Shown in pieces: positions 13,201 through 24,465 of a stretch of 64,000 bases of DNA (its first letter is position 1; each line of letters opens with the position of its first letter). The stretch lies in the NCBI GenBank assembly GCA_964252035.1, contig OZ176202.1; one strand, given 5' to 3'. Source of the DNA: Podarcis erhardii. Its lineage: Eukaryota. The notes beneath the pieces were generated by a model that had not been told where the DNA came from, made no database searches, and saw only the letters and a list, made by a program, of their open reading frames with translations. Position numbers and translations under genes: made by a program.

Positions 13201-14424
13201 AATGAGGTAGGCTAATTTTTGAATTATGCACACCAAAGCTAGATTCGCTGTCTTCGGTTTCATAATTTATCTTGCGTTTAGCTCTGAGTGTGTATTTATT
13301 TCCACATAGCCCAAACGCCTGCTCAGATTCTCGAGCACCATCGGCTCCATCTTCAAAATGGCAGTCAATACAATTACTTGTATCCATAGACAATTTATTT
13401 TCTGAAGCACCAGGAGAAACTTGAATGATATCATTTGGTAACAAACTGTCTTTATCAGGAATGTTATTATTAGCATTACCTTGTACATAGCAGCTCTCTT
13501 TTGTGGAAGCAATATCGCTGATAGTTGTAGACGGCTGATTGCTAAGAATTACTTTCTTTTTATTTAGTTTTAACCTAGATTGTTTCTTGCCTTTTTTCAA
13601 TTTATATGTAACAGGACTTAATTTTTGTGGCTGACTGAGACAATTAGAAAGAACAACACTAGGAAAGAACATGTAATGCGCTGCTTGTTGATTAACATTT
13701 GTTTTTTCAGCTTTGTGCTCCTGAAATTCTTCATATCTAATTTTAAGGTTATTAAGGCCATCTCCATCAGTGCTACCTTCAGCAGAATAAATACTAGTTC
13801 GATTACTCTCTGAGCAAGACACCATTTCACAGTTTTCTGGTGCTGGGAAGAGGTTATCTGTATTTGTGTTGCTGGCTTTTTTATTTGCTTCATAGGATGC
13901 TTTATTTTTCGAGTGGACCAAATCTGAAAAGTTAGAATTTTGAACCGAAAAACTTTCACCCATTTGGTGGTTCATATGCAGAGATAAATCCTTTGTAGTT
14001 TTTCTTATTCCAGTGTACTTTCTGTGAGGCAAATGTCTACTTACTGAGGAAATGTCTTCATAAACTGTTTCACACGAAGCAGGGAATATTTCACTTTTAT
14101 TACTTTCTGTGTGTGAATTTTCAGAATGGAGAATATTATTGAAGGATGTTGGGTATTTCACATTGTAAGTGCTTTCTTTTGTAAGAGAATGGACTGACAA
14201 TTCAGGTCTTATGTCTCCTTTGTTTGGCTGAGAAAGCCCTTCTAAGTCATCATTGTTCAAAATATGAGAAGAAAGGGCACTTGTGTGTTTACACTGAAAG
14301 GTAATCTTAGCAGAAGAAGCTGGTTCCAGAGTAGCAGCATCTTTATGAAAAATCGAAGACTTTACAGATGTTTTGCTTGTTGCAATTATGGAGGTTCGAG
14401 AATTCTCATTGTTCAACGGATTGT
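10287..14424 (-). CDS. REV3L: REV3L giant exon 13 (4138 nt), NPLNNENSRT...FCSNPSDAPEKP; vertebrate-specific insert
   Basis: Uninterrupted 1394-aa ORF; TTCTAG|AC acceptor, AG|GTAATG donor; contains the basic NEXMIF/AHDC1-like segment ([25 protein letters not shown]) and REV7-binding motif 1. Confidence 0.98.
10391..10408 (-). other. REV3L: REV7 (MAD2L2)-binding motif 1, ILKPLMSPPSREEI
   Basis: PxxxxP core in exon 13, matching the known human RBM1. Confidence 0.88.
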
Positions 14425-16458
14425 CTAGAAAGGGATAGATACAACACATGCATTTTTCACTATTCATCTTTTATTTTTTAAGATCAGCTATTTTAAAGAT
14501 TAGCCAGTCACTTAAGTATTAGGTAAAATAGCAACTGCTAAGAGACCCAATCTCTCTATCTCTTCCTTAATCTTACATTTCCTCTGAAACTCACTTTTGG
14601 TAGTTTTTGGTAGTTTTTCTTATTAGAAAAATACTACACTCAAATATTTTATTGCTGTATTTTTAATCTGGAATTTAGTTACTCCCTACAATCTATATCT
14701 CAAAGACAATTGAAGTCAGGCTTCCCTTGTCTCTTAAGATGCTTTTAAAGTGTGCTACTATGTTTCTGTTTTTCTAGGATTTTATTGCATTATATGGTTT
14801 TCTTGTATTTTTGTTTAATTGTTATATATATGTTTGTTATTGTAATGGCCCAAACCTAGAACATTATTAAGCCAACATGTAGTCACTTACCTTCTTGTAT
14901 TTTTCTCACCAGTTACATTGTGGCGATTAATATTTTTTTCTCCTTACTGCTAGCTTCCACTTAATCCCCGCATCTGACTATTCTACTTGTGCCCGCCCCC
15001 TGCCCCGCACTTCATCTCTGCAGCCACCATAGCACACCTTTATATTCTCCTGTAACAGCTAACCTTTCAGTAGCTACAGATGGATATGGGACAAAGCAGA
15101 CTAGAATACTAAATTTAAAGTTAAAAACAAGGCACTAAAATTGTAGTGAAGCTATTTTTAAGTATTAACAAATAGTAATGCTTGTTTGAAGGATTATTTA
15201 TCAGGCTACACTTAGTTACTTTAAATAGCACTGCATAAACAGGATTATTGCCCCTTTAAGAAGTTAGACATGTAAAACTGCAGTTTTATCCCCTAACCAA
15301 GCATGGCCAGTTACCCTGTCATTTTCTTTCTCCAATTAACACACAACTCCCATCACCTAGGACTTTACATGCAGGCTTCAACTTGGTCCTCATTTCCTTC
15401 GGCCTGGAGTTCTTCACTTCTCTGCAGTCTTCAACCTGGCGCAGCAACAACTGCCACCTCAAGTTTACAATAAGCAGTTGTCACTTGACAGTACCTTTCT
15501 TTTCAGGACTGCCACAGAGCTTTGCTACCTTTTACAATCCCTCCTTACCCAATCACTACAATTTGGGTGAAATTCAACCCTTATTGGTCTGTAATTATGA
15601 GCCAATAAGATGAGGAAGCATGTCTATGATCCAATTAAAACTGGCTACCCTGTTGATGCCTGCGATACTGAATATAAAGCTAGAAACCACTTCAAATATA
15701 GGCATCTTGCCAACACTAGGTTGCAATGACAGTTTAACTGACACTTTGCTGCCTGCTAGTCTTTGATACAATGTATCCCTCTATTCCTGGCAGAAACAAA
15801 AGCAGTTTAGTTCACATACTTCATCTTTTTTGAAATGATAAAATAGCCTATAATTTCACCATGTAAACAATGCAGTTATCTTTTATAAACTGCTTAAAGT
15901 CTGTTTTGGCATTAAGTAGTATACAAATATATGAAATAAATAAATAATGACATGAAAAGTTTGTAATTCTATTTTACCTAGATCAGGAGTTCCCAACATT
16001 ATGGGGCTTGAGGGCACATTTGGAAGCTGATATAGTTGCCATAAAATGGCTGTCATGAGGGGCCTGGCTAGTTGCAAAAAAGTTTAGTGTCTGGTTAGAA
16101 TAAAATAATAATAAAATTGTAGAGTTGGAAGGGATCCTGAGAGTCATCTAGTTTACTATATGTCTTGCATTTGTTTTTATTTGTAACCTACTCTGGAATT
16201 GCAGTTGCAATGAAGAATAGATAATAAATATTTTAAATAAAAATACATTACAGTTTTGTGTCACAGTTTGAAAGTTAGGAAATTTAAACAGATGAATTAA
16301 TGCAGTTTTAAAATTTCAACCTATTTATGTTGAGAATTCTAATTCATAGACTATATTTGCAGAATATTTAGTACAAAGGTATCTATTGAGATATTTTTTT
16401 ATCAAGAAAGGAAGAGTACTTTCTCATGGGTATATGAAATTCCAAAACTATGATTTAC

Positions 16459-16598
16459 CACTGTTTTCATCTGCAGTTCCATCTAACTGAGGTATAGATA
16501 GGCTTGCCAGAAGCAAATTGTTTTCACTCCAGTCCATATCATCTTCTGAAGTGCCATCATCTTCAGTTGAGCTCTGGTTCCTACTTCTGCCCAATGAC
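16459..16598 (-). CDS. REV3L: REV3L exon 12 (140 nt), SLGRSRNQSSTEDDGTSEDDMDWSENNLLLASLSIPQLDGTADENS
   Basis: Conserved LLLASLSIPQLDGTADENS; CCAG acceptor, G|GTAAAT donor. Confidence 0.96.
16478..16489 (-). other. REV3L: Taspase-1 cleavage motif QLD/G in REV3L (SIPQLDGTADENS)
   Basis: Codons CAG TTA GAT GGA read directly; human REV3L is reported to be cleaved by TASP1 at this motif. Confidence 0.85.
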
Positions 16599-17460
16599 CT
16601 GGAAATGCAATTTATTTCAGGTATATAAAAACCTTTGGTCAGCCACTTGAGAATTTACTGGTTATGGTGTTAATACATGATACTTTGCTTGGGAAGGAAG
16701 GATACAAAGAATTTGAATGTTGCTTACAAAAATGAACATTAACTTATTACACTACAGAATGTGGTCTAATACAATATTTTAAAGACAGTCATTAAACTGT
16801 ATTTCAAACTGACAGGATGCAAAAGTGAATCATCATAGAGTGGTTTCTTCCCCTGAGAATACGAAAATATTTCATGAAAATCACAGTAGGGTTCAAATTT
16901 CAACAGAGGTTGAAATCCACCCACCAGTGGATCTTCAGAGTGCCAATGCAATCTTACATCAGATTATACTGAATGAGCCTGTTGTTGATTCCGTTTTTGT
17001 CACAGGACTTCTCCCCCCTCGTCTTGTATTTTATCCTGCTTCCGAAATCCTACTTTCCCCTAAAATTTCCACCACTCTTCTGCTACTGTGAGTTTGTGTT
17101 CCAGACCCTGATTCCAATATATCTGTTTCTTGTTGCCTTCTTATTTGCACCAAGTATGGGTGTTCCCTTCTCCAATGGACCTTCCTTTAGAGGGCTCATA
17201 CTCTTATTTATTTCCCCAAACTGTTCACTCAGAAAGCAGGATATGTGGCCTGAAAATTCCTCTTCTTCCCCTACATCTCTCAGCGATCGTCGCTGTAATT
17301 TCTCATCAAGTCCACACCTCCCCACCCCTGCCAGTGCTTTTGTTTTATCTCTGCATGCTGAGAAACCTGATTTCTTGCTCGTGGGGCTTCCTGTAACAAC
17401 TTACACAGACACAGCAGCACTGTTCCTTCCTCCTCACAGTATTTAACACACATTAATATA

Positions 17461-17704
17461 CAGTGGTACCTCTAGATACGAACGGGATCTGTTCCGGAGC
17501 CCCGTTCGCATCTAGAGGTAAACATATCTAGCGACGGCACGTATGCACATGCACACGCCGCTTTTGCGCATGATGTCATTTTGAGTGTCTGCACATGCGC
17601 AAGCGGCGAAACCCAGAAGTATCACGCTCCGTTATTTCCGGGTTGCCGCGGAGCGCAACTCGAATGCACTCAACTCGAAGCATATTTAACCCGAGGTATG
17701 ACTG
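17461..17704. mobile_element. Tc1/mariner MITE, 244 bp
   Basis: TA|CAGTGGTACCTC ... GAGGTATGACTG|TA; CpG-rich interior. Confidence 0.88.
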
Positions 17705-18031
17705 TAATGTACCCATTGAGCAAATATAGCAATACACAGTAAGGAGTAGAATTCTGGAGTGGATCAGTCATTGCAGAACACACTTACAAATCTCTCTCAT
17801 TCCATTCAAGCTCTGGCAGTCTAGTAACCCTTGGGTTTTCTTATCTGCCTGCTCATTTGAGCCACATGAAATTATATCACCAATCACATTTCTTGTCCAA
17901 TAAACACCTCTCTTCATAGTATACCAGCGTCTGGACACCCACATTGATTTTCTTTATTAAGTATGAGAACTTCAGTCTAAGTTCGTTAGTATCATTTCCT
18001 CCGGAGCTATTATTCAAAAAACAGAAGATAC

Positions 18032-18269
18032 CTTCTCTTTGCATTCACGTCATTCGGACTGCTGTCCCATCGTTGGGACATTAGCAAGCTGAGCTCCATT
18101 TCTTCCTTTTCAATTTGTGGTTCATTTTCTTCATCATCACTGTTCTGGGGATTTCTACAGCTTCCAGAGGAGAAGTGTTGTGATAATGTACCATGCCCTC
18201 CAATTGCGTATCCATCATCCTCCAACCCAGCCAAGAGATGTATCATGGCTTGATCAGCACTACTGTCCA
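18032..18269 (-). CDS. REV3L: REV3L exon 11 (238 nt), DSSADQAMIHLLAGLEDDGY...NSDDEENEPQIEKEEMELSLLMSQRWDSSPNDVNAKR
   Basis: Conserved NSDDEENEPQIEKEEMELSL; TTTCAG acceptor, AG|GTATCT donor. Confidence 0.96.
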
Positions 18270-18614
18270 CTGAAAGAAAAACAAAAACAAATTCAGACAT
18301 AGCCTGTATCTTTAAAAGTTCAAGATTATCTTTGTGATGTGTTCTTTTAAATAACCTATATTTTCCATGTGCAGATTGAACACAATATTTTAAAAGCAAG
18401 TATTAGACAAACAAAACTTTTTACAGTATCTTCTTTTTGATGCCATTGTCCTTTGAGAATCTTACTACCTTTTGATAATTTCTCACTTTTGCGGTGTATA
18501 TTTTAATTTCAAGCTTCCAAATGGAAGTGGTTTTACAGAGCACTAGGACCCAAAGGCTCCTCTTTTCAATCAGTAACAGAACACCACTACTGATGAACAG
18601 CTAAACTAGAAATA

Positions 18615-18872
18615 CCGTATTTTTCGCTCTATAAGACGCACCAGAGCACAAGACCCACGTAGTTTTTGGAGGAGGAAAACAAGAAAAAAAAATTCTGAAT
18701 CTCAGAAGCCAGAACAGCAAGAGGGATCGCTGTGCAGTGAAAGCAGCAATCCCTCTTGCTGTTCTGGCTTCTGTGATAGCTGCGCAGCCTGCGTTTGCTC
18801 CATAAGACGCACACACATTTCTCCTTACTTTTTAGGAGGGAAAAAGTGAGTCTTATAGAGCAAAAAATACGG
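18615..18872 (+). mobile_element. Tc2/pogo-like (CCGTA-terminus) MITE, 258 bp, in REV3L intron 10
   Basis: TA|CCGTATTTTTCGCTCTATAAGAC ... GTCTTATAGAGCAAAAAATACGG|TA. Orientation is relative to the other two copies. Confidence 0.88.
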
Positions 18873-19007
18873 TACTTTACAGAAATCTAATTTTTGGAGT
18901 AAATTCAGTTTAGACAAACTGCATGGACCACTAGAGATAAAACTGTCAGCATACTGAAGAATAACCTATTATTGTGGGGAAAAAGAATATATTTATGTTG
19001 TACTTAC

Positions 19008-19133
19008 TGAACACCGGGGTCTTATTCAGTCTCTGAGATGAGGATTGAAAATGCTGACTATTTTCCATGATGTTCAAAATAGCTTCTTCATTAATAAGCG
19101 CCTCCTCCTCCTTATACTTCCTGTTGGACTCCT
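19008..19133 (-). CDS. REV3L: REV3L exon 10 (126 nt), ESNRKYKEEEALINEEAILNIMENSQHFQSSSQRLNKTPVF
   Basis: Conserved EEALINEEAILNxMENSQ; TTTTTAG acceptor, A|GTAAGT donor. Confidence 0.94.
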
Positions 19134-19893
19134 CTAAAAATGAGATTTAAAACTCTGCACATGAGCTGCCAACACATTTTCCCCACAAAAGTAGAAGACT
19201 ATTAAACATATCACTGAAGACTATTAAACATATTAACATATCCAAATTAGTTGAACAAGATTTTCAGAAGATAGTTAGAGACTTATGCTAGTTGAGATGC
19301 ATAAGTTTATACAACTTACAGAGTCTGAAAGAGATAGGAATTCATGGTGGCAAGACTTTTCTTAATACAATTTGAGCAAACTCAGTTGTGGTTATTTAAA
19401 ACTGTTTTTAATGGAACTCGCAGCAGATCAATACATTTCCAAAGGGTACCTTCTCCTTGCACAAGTTGCCACTTCCCAGGCATTTTGCTCAGAGGAAGTG
19501 GCAGAAGATTACATGAGCATAAGAAGAGCTTGCTAGATCACGCCAATGACCCATCTAGTCCAGCATTGTGTTCTCATGGTGGCCAACCAGATGCCTATGG
19601 GAAACCTGAAAGTAGATCTTCCTGCACTTGAGAACAGAGGGGTGCAATTCAGATCTCCTCTTCCCAGCAATTTCTGGAAAGAGAATAGAGTTTTTGGGAG
19701 AGGGTGGGGCACAAGGATGTGCACTAAACCTCTCTTTTCTTCAAAAGTTTCTCTCCCCCCGCCCCTGCCCAAAAAAACTATTGGGGAAAGCAAATGCAGA
19801 AGGTAACTATTCCTTGGTGCCACTTCTCACCATCACCACACCCTCAGAAACAGTGAAATGCAAGCATGCAGGCGGAGAAATGTTTTTTCTGTG

Positions 19894-19898
<5 letters not shown>

Positions 19899-19925
<27 letters not shown>
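19899..19925. repeat. (CT)n microsatellite
   Basis: Read directly. Confidence 0.9.
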
Positions 19926-19929
<4 letters not shown>

Positions 19930-20143
19930 TCTTCACTTTTGCTTTTCTCAGCTGTTTTATGACACAGAAAGAAAAGAACAGAGAATATTGTAGACAGACA
20001 TGCAAAGGTAAAGATTATTCCTTGTGCATTCTTCTATGTCTCTTTCTCCTCCTTTGCTCAGTTTTTCCATAAAAGTAATTCCAGCTAGGATGTACTCATG
20101 AGCTGTATTTGACTTAAAAGCCAACTGTATTAATACTACTAAC

Positions 20144-20292
20144 CTTTGCTGAGTTCTTTATCTCTGTGTACTTCTACCATATTTGCTGGTGAACACGGAA
20201 CAACTTTAGGAGATTGTACCTCAGAATGTAGCGTCAACTCTGCAGAGAATTCCTGTGATCCATTCCTGTAGTCCAGTGATCCAGATAATGTC
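20144..20292 (-). CDS. REV3L: REV3L exon 9 (149 nt), TLSGSLDYRNGSQEFSAELTLHSEVQSPKVVPCSPANMVEVHRDKELSK
   Basis: Matches recalled human SQEFSAELTLHSEV; TAAG acceptor, G|GTTAGT donor; the intron from exon 8 is only 84 nt. Confidence 0.95.
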
Positions 20293-20376
20293 CTTATTAA
20301 TAAATTAAAAAAACCTTTTAAAATTACTGTACAACTCACAAATAAAAACAAGAGTAACAGCTAAATGAACGCTTAC

Positions 20377-20461
20377 ACAGAGAGATCACTTTGCTTGAGG
20401 ATTTCTTTAAGCCTCTTCTGAAAGATTTTTTCACTTTCTGTTGCAGTTACAAATCCACGAT
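20377..20461 (-). CDS. REV3L: REV3L exon 8 (85 nt), RGFVTATESEKIFQKRLKEILKQSDLS
   Basis: Manual translation; AAAG acceptor, GT|GTAAGC donor; phases fit. Confidence 0.94.
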
Positions 20462-21645
20462 CTTTAATTAAGGGGGAAAGGTTATACAGGATGGTTAATA
20501 CAGCAACAAAGAAAAGACTACTGAATTCCTAAATAAGAAACTGAAACTTCATAGGCATTCTATTAACAATTAGTACCCTTCTCTTTATGTATTTTTTCTA
20601 ATACTTTTAAGCTCAGAGCAAGCAACATAGTCTGAATTTCAAGCAGCTCTGAGCCAATTTTAAAAAGGTTGTTTTCTTTTTACCATGCTTTTTATATAGT
20701 TATAAAAATATTATAAGGAATATAATCTGTTGATTATATCCAAATTTGCTGTTCTAGAAATTAAGTTTCTCCCACTCACAGAATGCTGTTTCCAAATTAG
20801 AGGAAGAGCACTGTGTGAAAAAACTGACTCTAAATCCAGAGGAATTCTTCTGTTTGCACAAACATTCTCAAAAACGTTTGTAATCACCCTCTACTTGATG
20901 CAGCAACTGATTGTAGGAACCTAGAGCACTATCAAATTATAGCTTGTGGCATCACTTTCAGTTGCTGCAGCCCAAGGATGTGAATGGGATGCTTGCAGTG
21001 TTGGGACTGACTTACATGCTCTCTCAATTGTTGCCCATAAGATCTGGTAAAATCTAGGACGGGATTGACGGTATGGGTCCAAGGAGTGATCAGTGGAATG
21101 GAAATACACCTAAAGCCTTGAAAAAAGAGTCTCAAGTGGCTTCTGTCGTTTGGAGAGCTTATGCCCAGGTTAGGCTGGTTTGCCAGCTATGGCCATTCCT
21201 GGAACAGGTAGCCTGGCCTCAGTTGTCTATGTTCTGGTTATTTCTCATCTGGACTACTGTATTGCATTGTGTGTGGGGCTGTCCTTGAAGGTGGTCTGAA
21301 GACTGCAGCAAGTGAGGCTGGTAAGTGGGGCAATCTGATGGGACCATGTGTCAGTAGTCCTAAAACTGTTGCACTGACTGATTAACCATTTTAAAATTAA
21401 TCAACGAACCAGGCAGCAGCTTAAATAAAGAATGTAAAGTTTACTATCATGATGTCTCCATTAATTTTATTAACTACAGTATTGTATTAGAAGAATGGGA
21501 AAGCTTCTTGACTTTCTGATTGCTGTGAAAAAATTAACAACCCAACAAGCAGCAAATGCTTAATTGAGTACTGACCCATCAAACGTACCTGCCCAGGAAT
21601 TGTGACTCAGAAATAAATATGTAACAACAACTTTGACCTGTTTAC

Positions 21646-21750
21646 CTTGTGAATTAGGAGGACTAATTTGAGAGGACTCATTGTTTTCTCTACGCCGTTG
21701 TTTCTCATCATCCCATATCGCTTGCAAACCTGGGTTCCGACCAACCTGGG
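21646..21750 (-). CDS. REV3L: REV3L exon 7 (105 nt), QVGRNPGLQAIWDDEKQRRRENNESSQISPPNSQ
   Basis: Conserved NPGLQAIWxDEKQRR motif; TTTTCCAG acceptor, G|GTAAAC donor. Confidence 0.96.
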
Positions 21751-22357
21751 CTGGAAAAAGTAAAAAATACAGCAAATTCAACAGGAGTGTCAAGCTTACT
21801 AAAATGTAAACTGCAAAACCTGTTGTCTGTACAATCTATGCTATTTGCAAGAATTAACCTGACAATATTTTCAGACAATTGCCTCCTCAAAGTGACTACT
21901 GTGGTGAGGGGGTGCTATGTTGCTACCCTCCCAATAGCAGCATTGCTGCTGTTTACCATAATGCTGTGGGAGTAACGTGGGACACTGTCTTCAGTACCAG
22001 AGTGGCTCAGCTAGCATACCTGTCCCTGCACCTTCCCAGTAAGTGGCAGCAATGCCACTGTTGGGAGGGTAGCGCCGTAGCACCCCACCATCTGTTCCTG
22101 CCTTCACCTTGTGTCAATTGTTTATATAATCCCTTCAGTTATATTTACTTACTAGGTTAACTGTAACTTAGAGGTTTTAAATACCACTTAGGATGCATTA
22201 GGTTATGCCAGCCTTCCTTTTCTGCTCTGGCTGGGGCAGAGTCCAAAATATGCAGTCCAAAATATATGGAGGAGCAGCTCAGGAAGATTGTGCTAAGCAC
22301 GCATAAAAAACAAACTTTTTAATGTCCTAAATGATTACACAAAGCAAAATTGTTTAC

Positions 22358-22452
22358 CTTCAATATCCAATCTGTTTAAAATATCAGCAGCCACTGCATC
22401 TACTTCCAGTTCACAGGTACTCTGTGGTTCAACACCCTCCAGTATCAAAGAA
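22358..22452 (-). CDS. REV3L: REV3L exon 6 (95 nt), SLILEGVEPQSTCELEVDAVAADILNRLDIE
   Basis: Peptide matches the recalled human sequence; TGCAG acceptor, G|GTAAAC donor. Confidence 0.97.
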
Positions 22453-22831
22453 CTGCAATTATATTAAAATTAAAGGATGATTAAAATATGGTACTTCCCA
22501 CTAAAATTATATTCTCTTAAATTCTATTAGTAGAAAAAATAACTAACTGAATATTAAATCACAATTTATCTTAAATAGTTTGAACATTTTAAAGTAATGA
22601 TATTTATGCCATAGTTAGATGGTAGGCAGAGGCACATTAGTCATGCACTCTGAATGAACATGTATGCAAATCATCACCTGTAACCTACCTTAATGGCACT
22701 GAGAGAAAGAGACTCATTTTACCTAAACAGCACCACTGAAAGAAAGTATCTATAGAGATTTGCAGGCAGCACGGGGCAGAGTATACAAGCAAGTTAGGTT
22801 CAGAATATGTCCCATGGGATAAATACAGCTA

Positions 22832-23166
22832 CCGTATTTTTTGCTCTATAAGACACACATTTTCCCCTCCAAAAATTAAGGGGAAATGTGTGTGCGTCTT
22901 ATGGAGTGAATGCAGGCTCCTTGGCTTCAGCTCCCGCCACACTCCGGAGGCTTTGCGTTGCTTTCGCTGAAGGGTAGGTGCCCCTTCAGCTAAGGCGCAG
23001 CGCCCCTTCAGCTAAGCGGGAGGAGAAATGGAAGGGGCTCAGTTTCTCCTGCTGCTTCACTGAAGGGGCGCTGCACAGAGAGGGGGAGAATTTTTTTTCT
23101 TGTTCTCTCCTTCTAAAGCAAGGTGCGTCGTATGGTCGGGTGCATCCTATAGAGCGAAAAATACGG
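22832..23166 (-). mobile_element. Tc2/pogo-like MITE, 335 bp, in intron 5; inverted relative to the copies at 18615 and 23402
   Basis: TA|CCGTATTTTTTGCTCTATAAGAC ... CCTATAGAGCGAAAAATACGG|TA; its left end is the reverse complement of the right ends of the other two copies. Confidence 0.88.
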
Positions 23167-23401
23167 TAAGTCAGGATGTATTTAAATAAGTGGTTTGTGA
23201 ATGTACCGAAAGGGAGAGACATTCATGTGTTCACAATCATAGAAATATAGGCAAGATTATTTTTTTTTATTGTATTATAAAAAATACAATAATGTATTTT
23301 TTATATTATGTATTTATGTATTTTTATTGTGTTTGATGTTTTATTGTACTTGTATATATATGTGGAGGTGAAGATATCCGTATGCAGCCACATGTGCTTT
23401 A

Positions 23402-24465
23402 CCGTATTTTTTGCCCTATAGGGCGCACCGGCCCATAGAGCGCACCTAGTTTTCAGGGGGGGGGGGGAAATAAGGGAAAAAATATGATTTCCCCCTCCGC
23501 AGCTCTGGGAGCAGCGGGCAGGCTGCACGCAGCCTGTGCGCTACTCAGACCTTCTCCCTGCTTTTGCGGGAGGTGGTGGAATTCCCCTACCTCCCGCAAA
23601 AGCCCACAGGAGCCGTGCGCAACTCCTGCGGGCTTTTCGACCAGGAGGGAGAAGGGACTGAAACGGCCAGTCAGTCCCTTGTCCCTCCTCGGGGGAAAGC
23701 CCCCAAGAGCGGCGCGGTCTTTAAAGGCTGCGCAGCTTCTGCGTGCTTTTGTGGGAGATGGGGGAATTCCCCCATCTCCCGCAAAAGCCCACAGGAGGGA
23801 GAAGGGACTGACTCGGCCAGTCAGTCCCTTCTCCCTCCTTGGGGAAAAGCCCCCAAGAGCGGCGCACTCTTTAAAGGCTGCGCGGCTCCTGCAGGCTTTT
23901 CGACCCAGCTTGTGGGGCTGGCGGTGGGGGGAAGCACTACTTTCCCCCACCGCCAGCCTCCAAACCAGGTCCGGGAGCAGCGCAAAGGCGTTGCACGCCT
24001 TCCTGCTGTCCCCCAAGCCTGTGGGGCTGGCGATGGGGGGAAGCACTGCTTTCCCCCACCGCCAGCCTCCAAACCAGGTCTGGGAGCAGTGCGAAGGTGC
24101 ATGCCTTCCCGCTGCCCCCCCGAGGCTGTGGGACTTGCGATAGGGGGAAGCGCTGCTTTCCTCCACTGCCAGCCTCCAAACCAGGTCTGGGAGCAGCGCA
24201 AAGGCGTCACACGCCTTCCCGCTGCCCCCCAAGCCTGTGGGGCTGGCGGTGGGGGGAAGCGCTGCTTTCCCCCACCACCAGCCTCAAAGAGCAGACTCTC
24301 CTGGCTTCAGCGAAAGCAACGCGAAGCCTCCAGAGCGCAGGCTTCGGAGGCTTTGCGTTGCTATCGCTGAAGCCAAGGAGCCTGCATCCGCCCCGTAGGA
24401 CGCACACACATTTCTCCTTCATTTTTGGAGGGGGAAAAGTGCGTCCTATAGGGCGAAAAATACGG
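23402..24465 (+). mobile_element. Expanded Tc2/pogo-like MITE, 1064 bp, with internal GC-rich tandem repeats
   Basis: TA|CCGTATTTTTTGCCCTATAGGGCGC ... GCGTCCTATAGGGCGAAAAATACGG|TA; about 108-bp units start at 23911, 24020, 24127 and 24236 (partial), plus two copies of another unit at about 23550-23910. Confidence 0.88.

Noticed and set aside
8558-13959. ORFs antisense or out of frame within REV3L exons 13-14
   Set aside because: Shadows of the real coding frame.
23911-24290. Regularly spaced palindromic repeats resembling a CRISPR array
   Set aside because: Vertebrate DNA; the ~108-bp units repeat in full with no unique spacers, no cas genes are present, and the array is enclosed by transposon TIRs.
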